Below are positions 36,900 through 48,825 of a stretch of 64,000 nucleotides of DNA, in pieces (within the stretch, counting starts at the first letter, position 1; the number at the start of each line of letters is the position of its first letter). This DNA comes from Lama glama (lineage: Eukaryota): positions 62,498,001 through 62,562,000 of the forward strand of contig CM052816.1 in assembly GCA_028534125.1 (NCBI GenBank), in the 5' to 3' direction. Position numbers and translations under genes: made by a program. The notes under the pieces were generated by a model. The model was not told where the DNA came from. It ran no database searches and worked only from the letters and a program-made list of their open reading frames with translations.

Positions 36900-39800
36900 G
36901 ATAGATAAGCTATAACTACCAGGCAGAAGTGAGCGCTCAAGAAATTAAGGAAAATCTTCAGTAACCAAAAATGACAGGAACAAAAGCCAGAGTAATAAGC
37001 CAACACCAAAGTTATAGATACCTTACAGACAATTTGCTGATCAAAGGTGCCTAAATTCTGAAGTTTCAGTGAAACAGAACAACTCCTAAGGCACAGAAAA
37101 TATGGCTGGGGTAGGAAGTTGAAATGAGACAGCTACAGAAGCTAGAATCTTCAAAGAACTTCAGTAGAAACAATGTCTCTTCCTGGCTTGAATCCTATAC
37201 AGGGATACAGACTCCTCTGATAGTAACTAGCCATAAATGATGCTCTCACCTGAGATAGTAAGCCTACTGTGGTACGTAACAGAAGGAAAAATAAGTCTTC
37301 CTAAAATAATGTCGATTTAACCAAGATTCTCAGCATCCCCAAAAACAAAGATTAGTCAAATATAAACTCATAAGATAAAATCACCAATCACAATAGTATC
37401 CAAGCCAGCATGAGTGAGACTCAGCAGGAAAGAGAATTAGACAATCAGGGACACAGATAGTGGAATAATCAGAGGAAGAATAAAAAACAAAGATACTTAA
37501 AATGTTAACACAAAAAATAAAATTACAAACTGAGCAAGAAAAAAAGGTCCACTGAAATAACTAGACACGTTAGAAAAATAAGACATATAAAAGTTATGAA
37601 AGTAAAACATATAGTTGAAATTGAAAACTTCAAGGATTGGTTAAATGGCAGGTTAGATACAACTGAAGAGAGAATTAACAGTGTAGAAGGTGGATATAAA
37701 TTAACCAGAATATAGCACTGGAGGAAAAATTGAAAATATGACAGAGAAATTAAGACACATGGAAGATAGGAGGAGAGGTTTTTTTAGCATAGTTAGAATT
37801 TCAGAAGAAAAGAATAGAATGAATGAGGGAAAGGCAGTATTTGACAAATTAATAAATAAATGAAACAGAATTTTCCAGAATTAATGGAAATTATGACTCT
37901 TTAGTTTTAGGAAGCAAAATAAACCCCAGGAAAACTGAAAAAAAATTTTACTTCCAGACTCACTGAGGTAAAATTGCAGAACACACACATGCAAAAACCT
38001 AAAACCCCAGGATCTTAAAGGTAGCTTTAGAGAAAAGGAAGATTATACATACATAAATGACAGACAGCAGCTTTCTCATCAACAGCAGCAATGCAAGGCA
38101 AAAATATTAAAGTAATTTCTTTTAGTTCTGAGAGTCACAGAGGTGTCAACCTCCAATTATGTTTGCAGCTAAATGAGGGAGAAATAAAAATATTTCAGTC
38201 AACAGAATATCAGGAGAGTTTACTACTAATAGACCTTCATAAAAGAAATTTCTAAAGGACGATCTTCAGGCTGAAGGAAAATAATCCCAGGAGAAGTATC
38301 TGAGATGCAAGAAGAAATAGTGATCAAATAAATTAGTAACCACATGGGAAAACATAAACAAATATTGAGTGTATAACAATAAACATGCATAATTAAGGGA
38401 ATAAAAATTGAAATTATTGACAAAACTACTTACTTCACACATTTACCTTGGATGGAGATAATCTGAATCAAATTATTTAAAGGTGCTTATATGATTTGAG
38501 AGGTAGTAAAGAACATGAATAATCTCTATACTTTAAGTTGTTTAGTCATGTTAAAATATTAAGGAAGGTCATGACTAGAACATAGAACTTTATACAATAG
38601 AGGAAGAAAATTAATTTTGAAACTCAGCCAGCAGAACAGACACCAGGAATAGGTACAAGGTGAGATAGGATGAATATGAAAACAGATAATGATATAATGA
38701 AATAGCTTCCACTACATGAATAGTCATAGTAAAATTAAGACTAAACTCACCTGCTAAAACATAAAATATTTTCAGAATTGGAAAGAAAAGAATTATGATA
38801 TTTTTTTACAAGGGACTCACCTCAAACTTTGAAGACAGAGAAAAGATGAAAGTTAATACATGGAATGAGAAATACTAGGTGAACACTCACGGAAAAGAAC
38901 TGGTATGAACAAAACAGACTTTAAGGTAATGAATAGTGTTAGGGATACGGAGGGTAAACATTTAAGGCAGCAGGAACAGGTACTAATTGTAATTCCATGT
39001 GTACCTATTTGAAAGTATATAAAGCAAACAGTGACAGAACTACAAGGAGAAGCTGACAAATCTCCTGTCCTTATGAGAAGTTACTCTATCCTATCCTATC
39101 TCCTTACTAATTTTTGTCTACTTGATCTATCAGCATCAATGTTTATCAGAAGGTGATCAAGTAGACAAAAATTAGTAAGGATATAGAAACTCTGAACAAC
39201 ACAATTAGCAAGCTTGATCAGAAAGATATGAATAGAGCTACATGTATCATAATTAGATTTCTCTTAGTCTGATAACTGATCATGTACTAGGCAGTAAAAA
39301 TCAATGTCAAATTTTAAAAGAATTGGTGCATTTTACTTCACATTCTCTGATAATGATGAAATTAAATTACAAATCAATAATAAAAGATTGTTAAGAACAA
39401 CTTTGCTTAATTGGCATTTAAAAGTATGCTTCTAAATTGCACAGTTTGGAAATCACCATGGACAGTATGAAATAGAATTGAATAGAATAAGTAACTTGTT
39501 GATGAAGAATCGAAAGGAAAGGCTCAAACAAATAATTAATAAGGGTCAAAACAAGAGATTCTAAAGGAAAGAATCAAAAGGAAAAGGCTCAAACAATTAA
39601 TAAGGGTCAAAACAAGAGATTCACTGCAGATACAAGAAAGATAATTAATTTAAACAACTTAGTGAAGATGGAAATCTTGCAAAAGAAAATTATAACTTAA
39701 CATTGATTCTAGAAGTATTATAAAGCCTGAATTATTCTATAGTCACTAAATAAATTACCTCAGGAATTAAACACATACCTATCAAGAAAAACCAAGCCCA

Positions 39801-41450
39801 AATGTTTTAAGGATGAATTTTACCAAACAGTCAAGGGACAGATAGTTAAGGTCTTATAAAAGCTATTCCAGAGACTAGCAAATGAAGGAATACTCTATAC
39901 TTCATTTTTAAGAGGTCAGTATAACTTTTGGTACTGTTGTCAGAGTAGGACAGTACAAGAAAGGAAACTTACAGGCAAATCTCACTCGAAGATTTAGATG
40001 CAAAACCTAAAACCCAATATTAGTAACAAAGTATCAGTAATTTAAACCTAAAACAAAGTATAAGAAAGGAACAGAATAGGAAATAAAATTTCTTTAAGCT
40101 GATTGAGCATACCTTTCATAAATCCACGATGTGGTACAGCATTAGATGTATCCTCTCTAATATCACAAATGAGATGAGTATACTATCTATCCCTGCAACT
40201 CAAATTTTAAACTGCAGCTCTAGCCAGTTCATTAGGAAACAAAAAAGCAATTAAGTGCAAAAACCTTAGAAAGTTTTGCTGTAATATTTGTAGATAATTT
40301 GGTTGTCAACACAGAAAAACAAAATCTATAGATTATTAAAATTAACCAAGTACACAGAAGTAAAACCAATGAGATAACTTAATCACATTCTTATATATCA
40401 GCAAAAATTGAAAATATAATTTAAAAAATGTACCATTTACGTTAGCTACCATCTACACAATCACAAATACAATAACAACAAAATAAGATATCTAGAGGAA
40501 AAAATCTACCACAAGCTGTTCAAGTCATTAACGGAGACAACTAAAAACTACTGAAAGGCAAAAGAGAGCTACATAAATGGAAAGTTACATCATATTCACG
40601 GATAAGAAGATTCAATAACATAAAGATGTCTGTTCTTTTGAAATTATCACATAATTTCAATACAATTCCAATAAACTTCCACAACAATTTTGGGTACACA
40701 TATAGGGGTAGGTTGGAAAAGTTGATTCAAAGTTAATACGTAACAGTAAAGGGCTAGGTATAGTGAAGAAATTTCAAGGAAGAATAAAGTAAAGAGGATT
40801 ATCTATCACACATCAAATTTGTTGTAAAAGTTAAGATGTATTTTTGGAACAGAAACAGACCAATGGAAGAGAATAGAGAACCCAAAAGCAAACTTATGTG
40901 TTATGTTAAAACAAGATGTATGACAGAAGAGACTATATACCGGGGGGGGGGGGAAGAATGGACTCTTAGATGAATGGTACTGGGTAATTTTTTCACTCCT
41001 ACAGCAAAAATTAAACTGGATTCTTACCTCACACAATATACTCAAAAGCCAAGTCTAGGTGAAGTCATGAACTAAATATGAAGCTCAAAAAAATGTTGGC
41101 TGCTATCTTTATAACCTCAAGGCAGACAAAGATTTCTTAAAGACAGAAAATGCATGGAACAATGAGAGAAATATCCACTTACATTAAACTGAAAAATGTA
41201 AATTCATCAAAAGACACTTTTGAAAAGTGACAAGTTGAGCCCAAAATTGAGAGAAAATATTTTCCATAATACAAATGACAAAAGATTAATACCCATAATA
41301 GATAATGGGCCTCAAACATAGTAAGTTTAGAAAAACAACCAAGAAGTCAGTTTAAAGGCAAGCAAAAGATATGGTGCAGATATTTTATCTGAAATGAATC
41401 ACAGTGAAGAAGCATAGAACACTCAACTTTGACGAAGCAATAGGAACTTA
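36900..41450 (+). mobile_element. Long degraded old L1 (L1M-type) covering ORF1 and much of ORF2
   Basis: About 4.5 kb A-rich strand with L1 landmarks in order: ttagatacaactgaagagagaatta (ORF1), ctgaacaacacaattagcaagcttgatc (EN), gatgcaaaa (RT), ttcaatacaattccaataaa, acagaccaatggaagagaatagag, cctcacacaatatactcaaa; many stops and deletions. Confidence 0.85.
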
Positions 41451-41468
41451 GACACTTTTTAGTGGTTC

Positions 41469-41710
41469 TGTTAGTGTCCTCAGGCTGCCATAACAATCTG
41501 GGTGCCTTAAATCAACAGAAATGTATTGTCTCAGATTTCTGGAACCTAGACATCTGAAATGAAAGTGTTGGCCTCGTACAAACTCCCTGAGGGCTCTAGG
41601 TGAGATGCCACCCCACCTGTTTGTCTAAGCTCCTGGTGAGCCAACAGTCCTTGGCACTACTTGGCTTGTGGCAGCATAGCTCCACTTTCTGTCTCTGTGT
41701 TCACATGGGA
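41469..41710 (-). mobile_element. MLT1 (MaLR) LTR fragment
   Basis: ggctgccataacaa...ttaaatcaacagaaatgtattgtctcagatttctgga...ttggcactacttggcttgtggcagcata. Confidence 0.8.
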
Positions 41711-42047
41711 AAGCACCTGTCACTATCATCTGATAATTTCCTACAACAAAAATACTGCCTTTTGGTTTTTACTGTATTTTAAACATTTGGGGGATCTCTA
41801 AATTTCAATTATTTACTTTTTGCTTTTTGAACAAATGATTGAGCACCCAGAGAAGGGCAGAGTCCTTTTCTTCCATGATTATTGAACTTTTGTTAGCATG
41901 TTCACCTCTTTTCCCCGTAACTTCTCATTTAAGTCAAGAAGTTCCAGAATGCGGAGGCCACATCCTTCTTCACTTGTTCTGTACTTAGAACTTCCTAAAG
42001 AATTGGATCTTACCAAATACTTTAAAGACTAGGGGGAATGTCAGATC

Positions 42048-42723
42048 TGAAACCTAGCAGGACTCTGCTGGGCCTTCCCAGTGACAGACCACCACCCACC
42101 CCGCCCCCCCTGCCACCGTGTCCCCTGCTTCTTGTTCATAGAAAAGCTTTAGCCTCCTAAGCCTTCCTGAATTCCAAAGAGCATATTTAATCAGAGAAAT
42201 GAGAAAATGCAGAAACCAAGGAAAACAGTCAAGCAAGATAAAATAGTAATTAAACAGTTTAGTCATAAAATAAAGTCAAGGGTCTTTAGTTCCCCCTTAA
42301 GGGCTATAGATAATATCTTGAGTCATATCCTTCAGTTGTCTCACAGATTCTAAAACCCCTACCAGGTAGAAGACGTTAACTGCCAACCACTAGCACACAG
42401 ACCTGAGACTGGTCGGAACCCAAAGGTTGATGATGTTGACTCCAGAGATACCACCCGGTTACCTCACCACCAGTCAATCGGAAGAATGTCCACCAGTTGA
42501 TCAGGCACCCTCCAACCCTCTCTCTCAGACTGTCTTTAAAAAGCCTTCTCCGAGAGCCATCAGGGAATTCAGGTCTTTTGAGCGTGAGCTGCCCATTTTC
42601 CTTGCTGGGCCCCATGCTGGGTGCCTTGAAATAAATGCTATACTTTCCTTCACCACAACCCACTGTCTGTAGATTGGCTTTGTTGCCAGTTCAGCGAGGG
42701 GACTCAAGTTTAATTCGGTAACA
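42048..42723 (+). mobile_element. ERV1-type solo LTR
   Basis: TG...CA ends (tgaaacctagcagg...ttcggtaaca), AATAAA at 42630-42635, flanks gatc/catc (3 of 4 match). The left end could instead be 42039. Confidence 0.8.
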
Positions 42724-42929
42724 CATCCACGTGCAAATTGTTTTTAAAATAAATCCTTACCTGAAAGGGTCTTGATGTTTTTTCAAGTACTTGCCCACCT
42801 AATTCGTTTCTCCACACTTCTCAGCAATTATCAGTAGAGAGAGAATATTATTACTTTGCATCACTATTACTACTATTATTGTTTGACCTTTATTGGTGGT
42901 TTTTTTATGGGCCAAAAAAGTATATCAAA

Positions 42930-43030
42930 TCACTTAATCTTCACAAGTCTATCTTACACCCATTTTATTATTAAGGAAACAAGAGGGTTAGTTAACTTGC
43001 CCAAGGTCACATACCTAGTAAACACACGTT
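42930..43030 (-). mobile_element. MIR core fragment
   Basis: cccattttattattaaggaaac...taacttgcccaaggtcacatacctagtaaa. Confidence 0.75.
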
Positions 43031-44710
43031 ACTTTTTCATTTTTCACTCTCTCCATGCTGTGTTTTCAGCATGTGTATTAAATGAACCAAACCAGTCTTA
43101 CAGTCCTCAGGAGCAGAGACTCGAGCTTCCATTCTTTGTGTTTTGCCAGTGAAAACCTAGTGCAGTTCTGCCCTCCAAGAAATGTCTGCCATGCAAAAAT
43201 AGAATTGAAGGAATAACACCATCCAAGGAAGGTGGATGGTGAGAATTAGATATATAAGAAAACGGTACTCAATTTTAAACGCAAATTTTTTCTCTTGCAT
43301 TTTGGTTGCATTTCTTTAAAGAGGACTGGTTAGTTCTTACTGATAATCAGAAGACATCATTTCCTAAATTATCTAAGCAAAAATTTCTCCTTGACTTCTT
43401 TTTTTCCCCTTAATGAATTCCAATAAAAAATTCAGCTTTGGAAAAAACTACAATTTCCTTGTTGCTTTGGTATTTGGAGATTGGGGAGAATCAAATTCAG
43501 AATGGTATTTTTAATTAAAAAAAATCTATCCTAGTTTTAATTACTTGAAAAAAATAAATTTTAATAAGAATTTTAAAAAATCACTTTTGTAATCTCTTAA
43601 GCAAATTTTCAACCCTTTCTTATATAGGTTATTTCCTCATTAATAGAAATATCACCCATAATTTGGAGATTATGGGTGAACATAATTGTATTGAGAAGAC
43701 CCAAGCATTGTAGAGCTTTCAGTAATGATAGGACAGTCGGGTTTTATATCAAAACTTCAGCCTAACATCTTTTTAATCTTATGTCCCTGGTCAAAGAACT
43801 ACATTGAAATTCTGGGCTTGTATCAAATTTCCTGTGAAGATGTTAAAAATCTTTATCTCCCATAAACGATTTTAGAGAAATTTCACATAATGGATGATGA
43901 TGTGTCATATCCCAGATCCATAACTTACAAGTCTATCCTTGCATCTAGTAAATTCAAGTAAGAAATAAAAGCAGAATGACTGGAAGTTTTGTTTTCAAAT
44001 GGTATCATCAATACTATCTGCTTTTAGGCTAGCTTTTCTTCAGGCCAATTTTAGAGGCCATGAAGAACAACAGCCTGATTCTTTATCCAGGATCTTTGGT
44101 TTGCACCATTTTCTTCTGACATATCTGGGATTCTGTATTGTTAAGGGTTAAACATAGAAGAATTGGCAAAGTGTTAATATGAAGAAATGCAACATCATTG
44201 TGCTTTTAATATATATCATGTTATTGGTTCAATAAAAAGTTTCACATAATTATCTGTTAGTCACTTGAAGGCTTTGAAACCATAGTCAGTGAGACATATC
44301 CTTTTATACTTCTGTTTTCTTCCTAGCGTTCATAAGAGTGCCTAAACATTTTTTTGCAAATTTTAAGAAATGAAATGTTTAAAATATTAGGTACATTATT
44401 TCTAAGAAAAACATGAACTACTTGAGATTTTTTCAACTTCAATTAAAGAACTGTGTTGTAGAATATTAAAGCAGAATAGTGAATGCCAGATCCCATGAAT
44501 ATTACCAACACCAGGTTCATAGCATTTTAGCTTTCTTCAAAAGAAAACATAAATTTGTCAGTTAGTAAACAATTTGGGTTTAGTAGTAATGAATGCATAA
44601 TTGCTGACTGGCATATTTACTGACCAGCACTATGTTAATATGTGCTAAATTTGACACAACTTCTATTAAAGTTTATACTTGATATGTAAATACTTATTTT
44701 AAAAGATCAA

Positions 44711-44937
44711 GGGGGTAGAGGGTGGGAAGGGATAGACTGGGATTTCAAAATTGTAGAATAGATAAACTAGATTACACTGTATAGCACAGGGAAATATACA
44801 CAAAATGTTATGATAAATCACAGAGAAAAAAATGTGACAATGAGTGTGTATATGTCCATGAATGACTGAAAAGTTGTGCTGAACACTGGAATTTAACACA
44901 ACATTGTAAAATGATTATAAATCAATAAAAAATGTTA
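44711..44937 (+). mobile_element. Young 5'-truncated L1 3'UTR with 10-bp TSD
   Basis: TSD aaaagatcaa at 44701-44710 and 44938-44947 at a tttt/aaaa endonuclease site; ends aataaaaaatgttaaaa; clearly related to the reverse complement of 1871-2060. Confidence 0.9.
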
Positions 44938-46028
44938 AAAAGATCAAATTTCTTTAATTTTTCTCTTTGTTTATGTTATCAACTATGTTTCCAAACTTTT
45001 ACCTCTGGAGAATCCAAATTTTAATTATTTTCCTGTTAAAATGTTTCAGAATGCAACTATATTTTAACAAAGCTATTTAATCTCGTGTATGTGAGATTTT
45101 AAAAGGGAAAATGAGTACCTTCACAAATTAAAAGAATTAAAAAAGACTTCTTCAGAATCTTTAGCCAGTATCGCCATGTATACTTACCTCTTTCTTTTCA
45201 GTGCCATGAATCATTGTAAGTGCCAGGTTCATTGTTGTGGCATGCTGAAATGATTGAGTGGGAATGGTGCCCAGCACTGCACGGTAAAATAATCAATCTC
45301 CAAACACATTGTCCTGTGCTGCATACATCTGCCCAACTAGATATTCTTTGATGCTTTGTTGATTGCTCTTGTGCTTGGTGAAGAATTCAGAACTCAAATT
45401 TGAATACAATATTAAGACCATTACTATTTGTAGTGAATCTGTGCATGCAATCTAGAGTCATCTATTTTTGGAATTGCATCCTGCACTCTTCCTTTCCTTC
45501 AGTCATGTAATCAGAATGTATAAGTGGACTTTGTTGTGTTATATGCTTATTCTAGTGGATTAGAAATCCCATTCTTTATCTAGGTTCTAATGGGATTAAA
45601 TTCAGATTTCTTGGTAAAGGAAACAGCTTAAAACCAGCCAACCAATAGCAGTCGCTTTATTTTCTATGTTAAGTCATCCCCATTTGGAAAATCCAATACT
45701 GTTTTTGCCCCCATTGGTTAACGTGTGCAAACTGAGTTCCAAAGTGCACCCTCTGTTAGCACAAAACCAACACAAATGAAGGTGTTTGCCTAGGTCTATT
45801 AAGACCCCATTTCTAGACAGAACTTGTGAATGACAGATGCTTTCAAAAATATCTAGAAAATGGAAGTCTTGATATACGTGATTAAGAGCAAAAGAAGACA
45901 CAAAGAAATTTTTCAAGAAAATAGGAAAAAAATACAAAATTTAATGTTACTTTTCTTTTAATAATCATCTTTTTCTTTCTTGAAGTTACAGAATTACCTC
46001 AATTCCTGCTTACTTTCTGCAAGTTTCT

Positions 46029-46085
46029 AGATGGCTCTCTAAAGCATTTGCCAGAAGGTGGCGACAAAAGTCCTGATTGCCCAGA
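46029..46085 (+). promoter_or_regulatory. HTR1A dual repressor element (tandem 5'/3' DRE; Freud-1/CC2D1A and Freud-2/CC2D1B type)
   Basis: Two imperfect tandem copies, agatggctctctaaagcatttgccaga (46029-46055) and aggtggcgacaaaagtcctgattgcccaga (46056-46085), about 1.5 kb upstream of the ATG. They resemble the human HTR1A DREs as recalled and abut an RE1 site. Confidence 0.75.
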
Positions 46086-46103
46086 CCTGTCCCAGGTGCT
46101 GAT
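46083..46103 (-). promoter_or_regulatory. REST/NRSF RE1 site
   Basis: Reverse complement ATCAGCACC-TG-GGACAG-GTCT contains the full canonical core TCAGCACCnnGGACAG; HTR1A is an established REST target. Confidence 0.9.
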
Positions 46104-46348
46104 CCCAGTTTCGAAGCCCTAGAGAAACTGGTCAGCGATCGCCAAGTTCTCCCTAAAGGTTTGCAAGCTCTGGTAAGAAAAGCAAAGGGCCATTAAAAAA
46201 ACAAAACAAAACAAAACAACAACCCGACCTCATTTACAACACAAAGGCAAACTATTCCCTTCTCTAAATTCACTTGCCACAAAGCTATGGGAGGGAGATG
46301 GCAATGTTCACTGAAATTAAAAAGGCAATGGTGAGGGAAAGGCAGGTT

Positions 46349-46372
46349 TGTGTGTGTGTGTGAGTGTGTGTG
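46349..46372. repeat. (TG)n microsatellite in the HTR1A upstream region
   Basis: tgtgtgtgtgtgtgagtgtgtgtg. Confidence 0.9.
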
Positions 46373-46550
46373 GACTACATACCGAATTGATTTTTCCTTT
46401 CACTTTGAGATGCAGCTGTTTACCTGTCCGTTGACACACCCTTTATAATTGCTTTCTCCCCCAGTTTCTCAAGGTTAAAAAAAGTCACAGGCAATATCCT
46501 CCCCAAAAGAGTCGGCCTGTATTGTGAGATGATAAACGGGGGTGGTTTTT

Positions 46551-46578
46551 AAAAAGCTAAGACACATTCCATCTTCTT
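46551..46578 (+). promoter_or_regulatory. Ortholog of the human HTR1A C(-1019)G palindrome region
   Basis: aaaaagctaagacacattccatcttctt lies about 1000 bp upstream of the ATG and aligns by eye with recalled human AAAAA[C/G]GAAGACACACTCGGTCTTCTT, followed by ccatcaattag. Confidence 0.65.
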
Positions 46579-46859
46579 TCCATCAATTAGTAATAATAAT
46601 TTACAGACTGACCAGGGCTGTCCATCTCCCCATTCGGGCTCCGTGTGCCTCCTTTTCTCATTTCCTATTGCCACTCCGTGATGCTGACTCTCCTTAAGAA
46701 TCGGACAGAAATACGAAGCAGCGGGTAATTAGATTTTTCTCCCCTCAATTTTGGCTGGGTGGGAGGCGGAGTTATTTATTGTAATGTTGGTCTGACCGGC
46801 GGATCCGCTGTGTGTAAGCGAATTCTGAGTCTCTTGTCGACAAAAAGGGAATTGAACGC

Positions 46860-47140
46860 AAAGAGGCTGAGCTAGAGGGAGAGGAGGGCGGGGAACCAGG
46901 GGGAAAGAGACACCAGGGGTTGGGGAAGTGTTAGGAAAGGAGAGTTAGCGTAGGAGGGAGGGAGACGGGCTGTCGGAGCAGCACACGGAGGGATAAAGAA
47001 AGGGGAGTGAGAACCGAGAGGGAGACCGAAAGGGAAGGATAGTGGGAGACAGAGGGAGACGGAGGAGACTTACAAGAAAGAGAAGAGAGGAGAGGAGAGA
47101 CAGGGAGGAGGAGAAGGAGAGGAGGACTGGAGAGTGACTG
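46860..47140 (+). repeat. Purine-rich (GA) low-complexity tract in the promoter
   Basis: Strong G/A bias on the + strand (e.g. gagaagagaggagaggagagacagggaggaggagaaggagaggagg). Confidence 0.8.
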
Positions 47141-47376
47141 TGGAGGATGGTGTTTCTCTATTCCAGATACTTCTAAGATTGGAGACCCTTTTGGTAGTGG
47201 GGAGACTCCGGGTCTGGCAGCCAGTTAGGCAGCGGCAAAGTAAAATGTACAGCGAGAGACAGACGTTCTGGCCACCTCTCCGCGTCTCAGAGATCCCGGA
47301 GCTGTTCTCCGGCCAATTCGTCTCTAAGCTGGAGTCTCTGAGCGCGCTGGACTACGAGAGCCCAGGGAGCGACTAG

Positions 47377-48825
<1,449 letters not shown>

